From the human T2T-CHM13v2.0 reference genome, Homo sapiens, in assembly GCF_009914755.1 (NCBI RefSeq), contig NC_060938.1: 64,000 bases of DNA; one strand, 5' to 3'. Positions 1 to 12,447 of this stretch are shown here, piece by piece (positions within the stretch are counted from its first letter, which is position 1; every line of letters starts with the position of its first letter). The translations under genes and the position numbers were made by a program. The notes under the pieces are model-generated. The model was not told the DNA's origin. It saw nothing but the letters and a program-made list of their open reading frames with translations, and made no database searches.

Positions 1-954
1 TAAACAATGTAAATTTTTAATTGTTTTTAAAAAATCAAGTCTTTCTCATCTTACTAGAAACATTTACCAGAGTAAATAAGCTTCTTACTGAGGTCAAAAG
101 ACTTTCTGGAAAAACTTCTCCTTGATGAAATTACACTTAAAACATCACTTCCATCGTGAATTATTTAAGATGTTCCTGGTCCTTTTCCTGTTATGTGGAA
201 TCGTCAATTCAAATTTTAAAAGTGACTTTGAGATGTTTTTCATATATTATTTTAAAAATGTTGAAGGCGTTTTTAATTCTGCCTTCAACAGAGATGGACA
301 CACTCTGATTATGATGTAAAACTGAACACGTTACTCTGACAGGCTTTCTTTTCTGCAGCGCAGCTACCATCATTATTAATAAGGATTGAATGTTTTTACT
401 CCATGCACAATCTGTATTCCCTGCTTTATAAAGAACAGAAATCTAATTCTCACTATGAAGGCAGATAAAAGTAATCCCTTCAACCTATAGATGAATCATT
501 TACCAAAGTACTCAGACTTTAAATAGCATTTATCAAATGTGTCTACATTTCTATGCAGATTCGTAGAAAGAACATGTAGTTTAAATCATTGCACATTTTA
601 TGCTTTTAATGAGTTGTGATGGTCATTAGTATTTTTATCACATTTCCCCAAAGGTAGGCTAATTACTGTTATTATTTTCAGCTAGAAAAATAAAATGTAT
701 TTTCTATTTTTGATGACTTTGAAACATAATCCTTGCAATATAATATCTGTGTATAATATCTGTGGAAAGCATGAAAGTAACATTCAAACAGTAGGCATTT
801 TTTCCAGAATGAAAATTTCCTCTACAATAACATTCACCTTTTTTTCCCTGATGGGCAAATAAAAGTCAACATTTCTAACATTGCTGGATGTTATTTAAAT
901 TAAACTTGCCTCAGCGTCAGGTGTTGCAGAAACTGGAAAAAAGGCCACAAGGTA

Positions 955-978
955 CACAATACACACACACACACACAC
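955..978. repeat. (AC)n microsatellite
   Basis: acacaatacacacacacacacacaca. Confidence 0.9.
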
Positions 979-1408
979 AAAACTTCTATTATTATACTTA
1001 CCTAAGTGTCTAAAGAGGTGGATAAATATATTAGATTGCTCCAGAAGAAGGATTTTTACGGGGCCTATTGGAAAGTATGACTGCAGTTTGAGTGAGATGT
1101 CTGTAAGAGATTCAATTTGGCCACTAATAGAGTATCCAATTTTAAAAATACTGACAGAAGGCTCATGAGATAGAAATTTTCACCTAGATCTATTGGAAAT
1201 ATGCTACTAGATTCTGTAGTGAAAAGACTAGTGCGGTAATTGTAAAACACATCTGATATCTAAACCTTTGTTTGTTTTTTACCTGAAATCCTTATGAGGG
1301 TGATTGTGTATGTCAATTTGAATCTTCCTATCAACAAGATAAATAAATACATAAATAAATAGCCAGGCTGCCTGGATAAATTAGTTCACCTTTTCTATAT
1401 TTTGAGGG

Positions 1409-1750
1409 CAGTGCTTTTCCTCCTTTGACAGACATAAGATTCACCCGGGGATCCCTTGCAATGAAAAACCATAGACCGCACTTTGACTAGCTTGGATAAG
1501 GGGCCAGAGCATTGAAATGAGTGTGTAGGTGACTGTGCTAAGATTCTCCTGCTCATTTGGGCACTGGCTCACCATATAAACAAAGCTTAGGACCTCTAGT
1601 CCTTGCTGGAAAAGAAATACACATACATAGGATGTGACTGTGCATATGGAATATCTGTTGTGTTCTGGACATTGTGCTAGACAACAGAGATAAGAAGTCA
1701 AATAATCCCTTGTCTCTATTGGAAAAGAGCATCCTAAACACTGGCTTTTG
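1409..1750 (-). repeat. Arm 1 of a ~340-bp inverted duplication (partner 3271-3601)
   Basis: Its reverse complement aligns colinearly with 3271-3601, e.g. the shared AGAACACAACAGATATTCCATATGCACAGTCACATCCTATGTAT. Confidence 0.92.
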
Positions 1751-1974
1751 GTCTTTGAAATTAGATTCACTTTCAGATTTGATTATTATATTTATGATTT
1801 GATATTTTCATTGAACCCCATGATATGATAAGGTTTTCTAGAACCTGCTAGAATAATTGACTTTGCTCTCAGCATTATGAAGCCACTGGGGCACATAAGT
1901 AATTCATTTATGTTTCTATTTAACCAGACAGGAACAACTTGAGCTACTTTTCTAGCCACTTTCGTTTAGAGCTG

Positions 1975-2262
<288 letters not shown>

Positions 2263-2369
2263 AGAGCTGTGTTTTCAGTCTTTTTTGAGCTGTTTTACAA
2301 TCCAATTTTGAATTGGTAAGTTTGGATTCATTCTGACATTTACAGATTTAACATCCTACTTCACAAGAT

Positions 2370-2468
2370 GCTCATACCCTTAATCCATTACAGCCGATGC
2401 CTCATCCATCTCTGCTCGTAGCCTTGATCCATTACAGTAGCCACCTCGTCCATCTCTGCTCATAGCCT
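2370..2468. repeat. 44-bp tandem duplication (~2.3 copies)
   Basis: ATCCATTACAG...TCCATCTCTGCTC(G/A)TAGCCT starts at 2383 and 2427. Confidence 0.8.
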
Positions 2469-2662
2469 AAAGTAATAGAAGCCAGAGGGAAGAAATGGAA
2501 GCCAACGTGAGTCCAGAACACACATTTTATAAGAGTATAAGAAATATAAAAATAGCAAAGTATATCGTGAAGTTTGTAATAGATGTGCATGGCTAAAATT
2601 TATTCTCAATATATTCTATAAATTGGGAAAAAATATTAAACACATGAAAAGTAAGGAACTTG

Positions 2663-2959
2663 GGCTGGGTGTGGTGGCTCATGCCTGTAATCCCAGCACT
2701 TTGGGAGGCCGAGGCTTGCGGATCACAAGGTCAGGAGATCAAGACCATCCTGGCTAACATGGTGAAACCCCGTCTCCACTAAAAATACAAAAAAATTAGC
2801 CAGGTGTGGTGGTGGGTCACTGTAGTCCCAGCTACTCGGAAGGCTGAGGCAGGAGAATGGCATGAACCCCGGGAGGCGGAGCTTGCAGGGAACCGAGATC
2901 GCGCCACTGCACTCCAGCCTGGGGACAGAGCGATACTCCGTCACAAAAAAAAAAAGAAA
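2663..2959 (+). mobile_element. AluY-like, full length
   Basis: AluY diagnostics (ACCATCCTGGCTAAC, GGAGCTTGCAG) and a 16-bp TSD GAAAAGTAAGGAACTT at 2646-2661 / 2960-2975. Confidence 0.96.
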
Positions 2960-3270
2960 GAAAAGTAAGGAACTTTCATCATTAATATATAACTAATATG
3001 ACAAGAATGTGGTTTATGTTTTTATCTTTGCAAGATTTGGGAACATTTAGTGGAAGGAGGAAGAATTTATAATCATGAAGAGTGTGTATGATACGGGAGG
3101 GAGCCTTTTGACAAGGGGGGAATGGCATCACGAGATATGCTATGGTCATAGCTATGTAGGAGCGCAGCCAACTATGGTCTCCCCCGTCAAACGCACTGGG
3201 CAGTGTTCAGTTACCAACATTGAGATAGAGCTCACCCACCCAGGACAGAAGAGAAAATATACACTGCAGT

Positions 3271-3601
3271 CAGAAGCCACTGTGTAGGAAGCTCCTTTCA
3301 GAAAGAGGCAAGGGATATTTGACTTTTTATCTCTAGCGTCTAGTACAATGTCGAGAACACAACAGATATTCCATATGCACAGTCACATCCTATGTATCTG
3401 TATTTCTTTTCCAGCAGGAACTGGAGGTCCTACGTTTTGTCCATATGGTGAGCCAGTGCCCACATGAACAGTAGGATCTTAGCACTGTCACCTGGACATC
3501 CATTTAAATGCTCTTGTCTTAGCTAGTCAAAGTGTGGTCTATGAGTTTGCATTTAAATAAGATTCCAGGGTGAATCTTGTGCATGTTACAGGGAAGCACT
3601 G
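3271..3601 (+). repeat. Arm 2 of the inverted duplication, ending in an internally deleted MER5-like remnant (~3520-3601)
   Basis: TCAAAGTGTGGTC...TGCATTTAAATAAGATTCCAGGGTGAATCTTGTGCATG...AAGCACTG resembles fused MER5 termini. Confidence 0.8.
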
Positions 3602-4710
3602 TCCTACATCATATGTGACAGGCTGTCATAGTCACCATCATCACGGGAATCTTCTGCATGTTACAGGGAAGCACTGTCCTACGTCGTATCAGACAGGCTC
3701 TCATAGTCACAATCATCACGGGAATCCTGTGCGTGTTACAGAGGAAGCACTGTCCTACATCATATGTGACAGGCTCTCATAGTCACCATCATCACGGGAA
3801 TCTTGTACATGTTACAGGGAAGCACTGGCCTACATCATATGTGATAGACTCTCATAGTCACCATCATCAGGGCAATCTTGTGCATGTTACAGGGAAACAC
3901 TGTCCTACATCATATGTGAAAGGCTCAAATAGTCATCATCATCATGGAAATCTTGTGCATGTTACAGGGAAGCACTGTCCTACATAGTATCTGACAGGCT
4001 CTCATAGTCACCATCATCATGGGAATCTTGTGTATGTTACAGGGAAGCACTGTCCAACATCATATGTGACAGGCTTTCACAGTCACCATCATCACAGGAA
4101 TCTTGGGCATGTTACAGGGAAGCACTGTCCTACATCATATGTGACAGGCTCTCATAGTCACTATCATCATGGAAATCTTGCGCATGTTACAGGGAAGCAC
4201 TGTCGAACATCATATGTGACAGGCTCTCATAGTCACCATCATCACAGAAATCTCGCGCATGTTACAGAGAAGCACTGTCCTACATCATATGTGACAGGCT
4301 CTTATAGTCACCATTCCCATGACCATAGTCATGGGAATCTTGCTCATGTTACAGGGAAGCACTGTCTAACATCATATGTGACAGGCTCTCATCGTCACCA
4401 TCATCATGGGAATCTTGTGCATGTTACAGGGAAGCATTGTCCTACATCGTATGTGACAGGCTCTCATAATCACTATCATCATGGGAATCCTGTGCATGTT
4501 ACAGGAAAGAACTGTCCTGCATCGTATCTGACAGGCTCTCATAGTCACCATCATCACGGGAATCTTGCACACGTTACAGGGAAGCACTGTCCTACATCAT
4601 ATGTGACAGGCTCTCACAGTCACCATCATCACAGGAATCTTGCACACGTTACAGGGAAGCACTGTCCTACATCGTGTGACAGGCTCTCATAGTCACCATC
4701 ACCATGGGAA
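3570..4710 (+). repeat. 75-bp minisatellite (VNTR), ~15 copies
   Basis: Unit GGGAATCTTGTGCATGTTACAGGGAAGCACTGTCCTACATCATATGTGACAGGCTCTCATAGTCACCATCATCAT. AATCTT recurs at 3573 and 3648, and the ORF track shows 25-aa periodicity. Confidence 0.97.
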
Positions 4711-4734
4711 GCTGCATTTAGAGCATTTAACTAC

Positions 4735-4955
4735 ATGGGCTCTGAAATCAGATGACTTAGGTTTAGACTTACTTCTACTTCTTACTAAGCAGAGAACTCT
4801 GAGTTGAAAACTTTACGAGACCCAGTTTTATCATGTCCAAATTGGAGGCATGGGGAAATTATAGCATTTTGCATAGAATATTGTTTTAAGTATAAAATGA
4901 AATAGTACATAGTAAGCTTCTGCCATACACTGACTGCACAATAAATATTAGTTAA
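4735..4955 (+). mobile_element. MIR remnant
   Basis: GGGCTCTGAAATCAGA...CCCAGTTTTATCATGTCCAAATTGGAG resembles the MIR core. Confidence 0.6.
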
Positions 4956-5539
4956 TAGTAACTCATTTAATCCTAAGGTCTATAAATTTGTACACAATAA
5001 TTTTTTGTGACTACCTTAATTTTCATAATTAGTCTAGATTTAAAATCAAGGAATATTCTTACGTGTAGTTGGCAATCAATATGACATGCCAAAATTATAT
5101 GTAAGTATTTCATTGTTGGTGGGGATATAAGAAATTTACCATCAAAAGAGAGATGATAATCTGTTTGCAGAGTCCAGAAAGCTGTCTCTCACATAAGAAT
5201 TTGCAATTTCTGGGGGAAAAGAAAAAGTTGATTGTTCAAAGAAAGATTACCATGGAGTCTTCTCTATAGCAATACCACAAATGAAAGCTGATTCTCATCT
5301 TCCTAACAATCTGCAAAGACGAGTGAAACACAACCTACTGAGCATCAAGTTAAAGAAGGAGAGAATTTGAGTGGCACAGGAGGAAATCATGTCACCTCTA
5401 GCAAAATCAATATGACCAGTGCTCCTCTGCCCTCCTCCGAGTCTAAGGAGGGGTTAAATATCAGTGGCTGACCTCAGGTAATGGAATGAGCAAAAAAGCT
5501 ATAAAAATGCATGCGTTACATAATTAAGAGGGTGGGAAG

Positions 5540-5916
5540 GGATTTTTTAAAAAACGCAATTCCCACTCGGGTCCCTTCCTGTTCACCCCATTGGCGAAGA
5601 AGCTAGTCTTGCCCTAGAATTCTGGGAATGGCTGCAGACAAAACAAACACTGAGCAGACGACATTCCCAGTAATTTACTCGTCACACATACTCAGCCCAG
5701 TGGGGGATGACACTGCATTTATGCAGGTCTACCCAGGGTTGCACTCTGGAACAGAGGGTGTGGGAGGCAGGCTTGGTAGAAATCAGAGGGTGGGGTAACC
5801 CCTCGTCCCTTCAGGGATGTGCTTGACTAATTCAGAGTTTTGCAGTCTGGTGGGGGCATGAAAGCCATTAGGCTGAGGACATGGTGGGGTGCTGCATGAA
5901 ATTTTAGGTGTCACAA
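5540..5916 (-). mobile_element. Possible 3' LTR of the adjacent ERVL remnant
   Basis: Lies just downstream of the pol remnant, begins TGTGAC on minus and carries an AGTAAA signal. Boundaries uncertain. Confidence 0.35.
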
Positions 5917-5949
5917 TACAATTGATCCCTGATGCTTTAACATCAGACA

Positions 5950-7600
5950 TTTATTTTCGTGATGACTAATATTTTGAGAGGCTGAGCGAAAGCTGCTGAG
6001 ACATTGTAATAAGTGTTTAGGGACATGAGAGATTAGGAAGGCCACAGTTATGAGTAATGTAATGTGGAAGCCGATGCAAAGCTACTGCCCCCATTTATTT
6101 AGCAGGAGGCAGAAAAAGTGATCTGGGGTCTCTGGCAGAATAAGCGTGTTTGTAAATATTTGGATGATGTCATGCATTCCCCATGCATTGGTTTAGAGAT
6201 CTGGGGTCTCTGGCAGCACAAGAGTGTTCATAATTATTTGGGTGATGTCATGCATCCCCCATGCATTGGTTTTCATGTCTCCAGTGAGTTGTTGGGCAAG
6301 TCTGATATTACTGATCCACACGCAGCAGGCAGCTTCCTGTACTGAGCTAGCTCCACCCCTTGGACAGTCCAGGACTGAATGGTTGTCAAAAATGTGAACT
6401 CCTTGATGTCCAGTAAAGGCAACTGAGGGAACTGTGTAGCATTGGTGTAAAAAGTGCACTTTCCTAAGAAGCATGAACTTAGAGTAATCAAAGCCTGTGG
6501 CAACAGTGGAACCCAGCAGGGCATCCACTCGCTGCTTTGTAACTTAAATAGGAATTCTTTGAGGAGCTCAGTCTATCTCTCAACTAAAGCAGCTGCCTGC
6601 AGCCTATAGGGGCAGTGGAAGCCCTACTGGACACTTTCACAAGCCTAGCACTGTGTTTTCTGATGAAATGTTGCCTTGGTCACCATCAGTAGTGTCAGGA
6701 ACTCTGCAGGGGATAAGGAGTGTCCCTGTGAGATCCGTACTGTGTCCTTCGTTAAAAAAAAAGGCATCTGTTACCTTGATTGTATTCTGAGTATCCATGA
6801 GGCAAGAAGTTTCTTTAATTCAATGGGGAGGGAAGGTGGATAATTCTTGGCAATTGTCAAACATTTGTAAAAATGTACAAATGGGGCTAATTGTTGGCCC
6901 AGCATCAGTGCTGAGATGACCACCTCAAGTTTGGCCAGTTGTGCTGAGGCTTGGGTGTCATCCTTTATCAGGGACATCCTGGCTAAGGGAGGGAAGACCG
7001 CAGCAACATCCCACTGAGCTCCATCACGTCAGATGATGGCATCCATTCAGAAGGTGGATGAACTTCACTGCTGGTCACTCAGTCGATCCCAAGGGGCCTC
7101 GGAGATGGGTGACTTCCAGCAACACAGCCTGAGGATGAAGGAGGCCAGTGTTTCCTGCAGATGAGAATGGCAGGGGGTCCAGGTTTGACTCCATCCTGAG
7201 GCAAGGAGGTCTCTGCAGCTGTGCCAAGGCTGTGGGGTGCTGCTTCCCAAGGCCTGATGGCCAGATGGGCATGAAGGCTCGTGGACATGGGTGCAGAGCC
7301 CTCTGTTTCCAGAGGGTCCAGTATGTGGTCAGCAATCACTGCCCTGATGCTGTACAGAACACAGTGAAAAGGGGCAGGTTTGTTTTTTACATCAGAAGCC
7401 CATGGACTACTTATGGCCACCATATGCAATCCAGATACTTCAGGAGGCATGGGAAGAGGTTGCTAAAGCATCCACAGTGTGTTCTCTGAGGGAATTCATA
7501 GGAGCACCTGTTAATTTAGATTCGGACAGATTCCAGACTTGTTGGAGGAGGCTTCATTCAAGGTGGGTCAGTTAGCTAATGACAGACAGCATCAGTGAGA
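5950..7600 (-). mobile_element. Ancient ERVL-class internal pol remnant (RT-connection, RNase H, integrase core)
   Basis: Minus-strand peptides: LTTYWTL...ETE (cf. LLACYWALVETE), ASAQLAKLEVVISAL (RNase H), PDTTDGDQGN (cf. SDQG) and FHCPYRLQAAALVER*TELLK (integrase E motif). Many stops and frameshifts. Confidence 0.78.
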
Positions 7601-7661
7601 TTAAGTAAGATTTGTAAATAAGAAATATGTTGTCACCTGAACCCCAAGTAAAGAATTAAAG

Positions 7662-7960
7662 GGCTGGGAACAGTGGCTGACACCTGTAATCCCAGAACTT
7701 TGGGAGGCCGAGGTAAGAGGATTGCTTCAGCCCAGGAGTTTGAGACCAGTCTGGGTAACATAGTGAGACCTTTTCTCTACAAAAAAATAAACAAAATTAG
7801 CTGAGTGTGGTGGCACACACCTGCAGTCCTAGCTACTTGGAAGGCCGAGATGGGAGAATTGCTAGAGCTCAGGAGGTCGACGCTGCAGTGAGCTGAAATC
7901 GTGCCACTTCATACCAGCCTGGGTGACTGAGCAAGACTGTGCCTCCAAAAAACAAAACAC
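7662..7960 (+). mobile_element. AluJ-like
   Basis: Dimeric Alu with GGATTGCTTCAGCCCAGG and an A-rich tail. Confidence 0.94.
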
Positions 7961-8404
7961 AAATTAAAGAATGTTGGGCTTGTATTAACATTGTGGACAC
8001 TGAGAGGATCAATAACTATTTCTTGAAAGTGTCAGGAATAGAGCAGCCCCATGTTTACAAAGGAATTTTCAGGAATTGAAGCAAAGTGGCAGGGCCTTGC
8101 ACTGCTGTGTTGGGGAAAGGTCCATTCCCTTTGTGTAAGCCTCCTTGTATCTGTGTGTCCTTAGTGCGTAAAATGAATTTTCTCTGAGAATGATGTCATC
8201 AGTATAATGTCACACCTGTGCTCCTGTAGAAAGCTGGTTGCAGTGAGATCTTGTCTGTGAAGATTGCATGCAATAACAAGGCTGCCGAGGCACTCTGTGG
8301 GTCACCTGGTCCCTTCAGAGATGAAGGCAGGCTATGACTGAGACTCTGTTAAAATAGGCACTAAAAGAACATGGTAGCCAAATCTGTAACAACAAAATAT
8401 TTAT

Positions 8405-8843
8405 CAGTTGCATGAATATATATAGGTTTATTGTAAGGAATTGGCTCATGTGGTTATGAAGGCTAAGAAGTCCCAGGACCTGCAGTCAGCAAGCTGGAGA
8501 CCCAGGACTGCCAATGTTGGAGTTCCAGTCCAAGCCTAAAGTCCTGAGAACCAGGAAAGCTGATGGCGTAAGTTACAGTCCACGTCTGACTTCAAAGGCG
8601 AGAGAAGATCTACGTCTCAGCTCTGAAATCATCAGAGAGTGAATTCTCTCTTCCTCTACCCTTGTGTTTTATTTGGGTTTTAATGGATTGGATGAGGCCC
8701 ACTCACACTGGGGAGGGCAACTACTTTACTAAGTCTACATATTCAAATGTTCGTCTCATCAAGGAACACCCTCACAGACACATCCAGAGTGTTTAACCAA
8801 ATATCTAGGCAACCCAACTTGGAAAATAAAATTAACCATCATA
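8405..8843 (-). mobile_element. MLT2 (ERVL) LTR
   Basis: AAGGAATTGGCTCATGTGGTTATGAAGGCTAAGAAGTCCCA...GCAAGCTGGAGACCCAGG...AAAATTAACCATCA. Confidence 0.82.
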
Positions 8844-8877
8844 AGGCGAAAGATGTATATGATCTGAAGACAAATCA

Positions 8878-11393
8878 GGGTTGCAGGATGGTTAAGTATC
8901 TGCAAGTCAATAAATGTGATACACCATATAAACAGAATTAAAAACAAAAATCACATGATCATCTCAATACATGCAGAAAAAGGATTTGACAAAATCCAGC
9001 ATCCCTTTATGCCTAAAACCCTCAGCAAAATTGACATAGAAAAAACATTTGACAAAATCCAGAATCCCTTTGTGATTAAAACCCTCAGCAAAATCAACAT
9101 CGAAGGGACATACCTTAAGGTAATAAAAGCCATATATGACAAACACACAGCCAACATTATATGGAATGGGGAAAAGTTGAAAGCATTCCCCCTGAGAACT
9201 GGAACAAGACAATGATGCCAACTTTCACCACTTCTATTCAACACAGTACTAGAAGTCCTTGCCAGAACAATCAGATAAGAGAAATAAAGGGCATCCAAAT
9301 CGGTAAAGAGGAAATCGAACTGTCACTCTTTGCTGATGACATGATCGTATACCTAAAAAACCCTAAAGACTCATCCCAAAAGCTACTAGAACTGGTAAAT
9401 GAATTCAGCAAAGTTTCAGGATACAAAATTAATGTACACAAGTCAGTGGCTCTGCTATACAGTAATAGTGAACGAGCTGAGAATTATATAAAAAACTCGC
9501 CCCCTTTTACAATAGCTGCAATAGAAACCTTAGGAATATTATAATTCCTATAATTATAATAGTATATTCCTATAATTGTCAATTGCATGCAATCTTTGCA
9601 GAAAAATCTTAATTATATCCGGAATACTTAACCGAAGAGACAAAAGACCTCTACAAGGAAAACTATAAAACACTGCTGATACAAATCATAGATACAAACA
9701 AATGGAAACATATCCCATGCTCACGGATGGGTAAAATCAATATTGTGAAAATACCATACTGCCAAAAGCAATCTACAAACTCAATGCAATCCCCATTAAA
9801 GTACCAACATCACTCTTCACAGAACTACAAAAATTCACATGGAACTAAAAAAGATATAGAAGGGACATACCTTAAGGCAATAAAAGCCTAGAACCAAAAA
9901 AGAGTCTGTATAGCCAAAGCAAGACTAAGCAAAAAGAACAAATACCAAAACAGCATGGTACTGGTATAAAAATAGCCATATAGATCAATGGAACATAATA
10001 GAGAACCCAGAAATAAAGCCAAATACTTACAGTCATCTAATCTTCAACAAAACAAACAAAAACATAAAGCAGAGAAAGAATACCCTATTCAACAAATGGT
10101 GCTGAGATAAATGGCAAGCCACACATAGAAGAATGAAAGTGGATGCTCATTTCTCACCCTATTCAAAAGTCAACTCAAGATGGATCAAGGACTTAAATCT
10201 AATATCTGAAACCATAAAAATTCTAGAAGACAACATTGGAAAAAGCCTTCTAGACATTGGCTTAGGCAAAGACTTCATGACCAATAACCCAAAAAGCAAA
10301 AGCAACTAAAACAAAGATAAATAGATGAGACTTAATTAAACTCAAAGGCTTCTGCGCAGTAAGAGAAATAATCAGCAGAGTAAAAAGATAACCTACAGAG
10401 TGGGAGAAAATCTTTGCAATCCGTACTTCTGATTAAAGGACTAATACCCAGAATCTGCAAGGAACTCAAACAAACCAGCAAGAAAAACATCCCATCAAAA
10501 AGTGGGCTAAGGACATGAACAGACAATTCTCAAAAGAAGATAAGCAACTGGCCAACAAACACATGAAAAAATGCTCAACATAACTAATTATCTGGGAAAT
10601 GCAAATCAAAACCACAATACAATATGATACCCCTTCACTCCTGCAAGAATGGTCATAATCAAAAAATCAAAAACTAATAGATGTTGGCATGGATGTGGTA
10701 AAAAGGGAACACTTTTACACTTTTTGGAGGGAATGTAAGCTAGTACAACAGCTATGGAAAGCAGTGAGGAGATTTCCAAAGAACTAAAAGCAGATCTATC
10801 ATTTGATCCAGTAATTCCACTCCTGGGTACCTATTCAGAGGAAAATAAATGATTATATGAAAAAGATACTTGCACACGCATGTTTATAGCAGCACAATAT
10901 GCAATTGGAAGAATTTGAAACCAGCCTAAATGCCCATCAATCAGTAAGTGGATAAATAAAATGTGGTATAAATATTTACCACATGGAATACTACTCAGCC
11001 ATAAGATGGAATGAAATAATGCATTCATAGCAACCTGGATGAAACTGGACACCATTATTCTAAGTGAAGCAACTTAGGAATGGAAAACCAAACATTGTGT
11101 GTTCTCATTCATAAGTGAGAGCTAAGCTATGAGGATGTAAAGGCATAAGAATGATACAATGGTCTTCGGGGACTCAAGGAAAGGCTGGGAGTGGTGGGGT
11201 GGGTGCAGTGAGGGATGAAACACTACACATTGGGTACAGTGTACACTGCTTGGGTGATAGGTGCACCACAAATCTCAGAAATCGCCACTAAAGAACTTAT
11301 TCCTGTAACCAAACACCACCTGTTTCCCAAAAACCTATTGAAATAAAAAAATCCCATCATATTCCCCAAAAACCTATTGAAATAAAAAAAAAA
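8878..11393 (+). mobile_element. 5'-truncated L1 (L1PB-like): ORF2 RT/C-terminal remnant plus 3'UTR
   Basis: ORFs [20 protein letters not shown] and [12 protein letters not shown]; L1PB-type 3'UTR (AAGCTATGAGGATG-AAAGGCATAAGAATGATACAATGG); poly(A). Confidence 0.93.
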
Positions 11394-11650
11394 TTAACCA
11401 CAATATTAGGCATTGGGTACGAGGGCCTTAATACATGGGAGCACTGCAGTTACATTACAGCAATCCACTGTGAAACACCATTTATTATTTGCAGGTTTAA
11501 GAACAGGCCAAATTCTACTGCTAAACGTTGAAGCAATGGGAATTATCACCCCTTCACTAATTAATTAGGTCTTATATAATACGTTTTATTTATTTGAAGT
11601 CATGTTGTAATTTATGTTGGACCATATTTGCTAATTTATCAAGATGGGGA

Positions 11651-11965
11651 GGCTGGGCACGATGGCCCACACCTGTAATACCAGCACTTTGGTAGGCCGA
11701 GGCAGGAGGATTGCTTGAGGCCAGAAGTTAGAGACCAGCCTAAGCAACATAGCAAGACTCCACTTCTATAATTTTTTTTAATTGGCTGTGTTGGTGCATG
11801 CCTGTAATCCCAGCTACTTGGAAAGCTAAAATGGGAGGATTGCTTGAGCCCAGGAGTTCAAGGCAGCAGTGAGCTATGATTGTGCCACCACACTTCATTC
11901 AGCCGGGGTAATGGAGCAAAACCTCATCTCTAAAAAAATGAAAAATTAAAAATAAATCAAATTTA
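11651..11965 (+). mobile_element. AluJ-like
   Basis: GGCTGGGCACGATGG...GGATTGCTTGAGCCCAGGAGTTCAAGG...A tail. Confidence 0.94.
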
Positions 11966-12447
11966 AAAAAAAACAGGAGAGGGAGTTCTGTAATGTTACA
12001 TTTGGTGAAGTCAATGTGTAAGTGCAAATGATTTAATATCAATTTGTTACTCATTAGGTCAGAGCATCCAGGTCCTCTATGGACAAAGGCTTCTACGACT
12101 ACGGGAAGTTTAGTCAAGGTAAAAAATGTGAGGCATAACTATGTGTCCTCTATTCTATATGCAGTTACTCTGCTAGGATTAGGGGGTGCAATGTTTAAAT
12201 TTAGTGAAATCTCAGGTATAACAAAGTTTGAGCTCCAGTATTGATTAAGTTTGTGAAGGTATGCCAATTGGTAGATTTCAGCAGATGTTAAAATTGATTC
12301 AGAATATATGCTGGAGAGTTACAAATACCAATCAGCACACTTTTATCTTTGGACTGTATAAATTGTTTTAGAAAATAGTACATTTCCAATTAGGTCAGAT
12401 GATAAACTTCCGTTTTAATTTAAATTTTGTTTTTCTGCATATCCAAG

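Noticed and set aside
3075-3287. 70-aa ATG-to-TAG ORF
   Set aside because: No homology recognised, no promoter or splice support, and the length is compatible with chance.
3570-4710. CRISPR-like array
   Set aside because: Head-to-tail units with no unique spacers, no cas genes, primate context.
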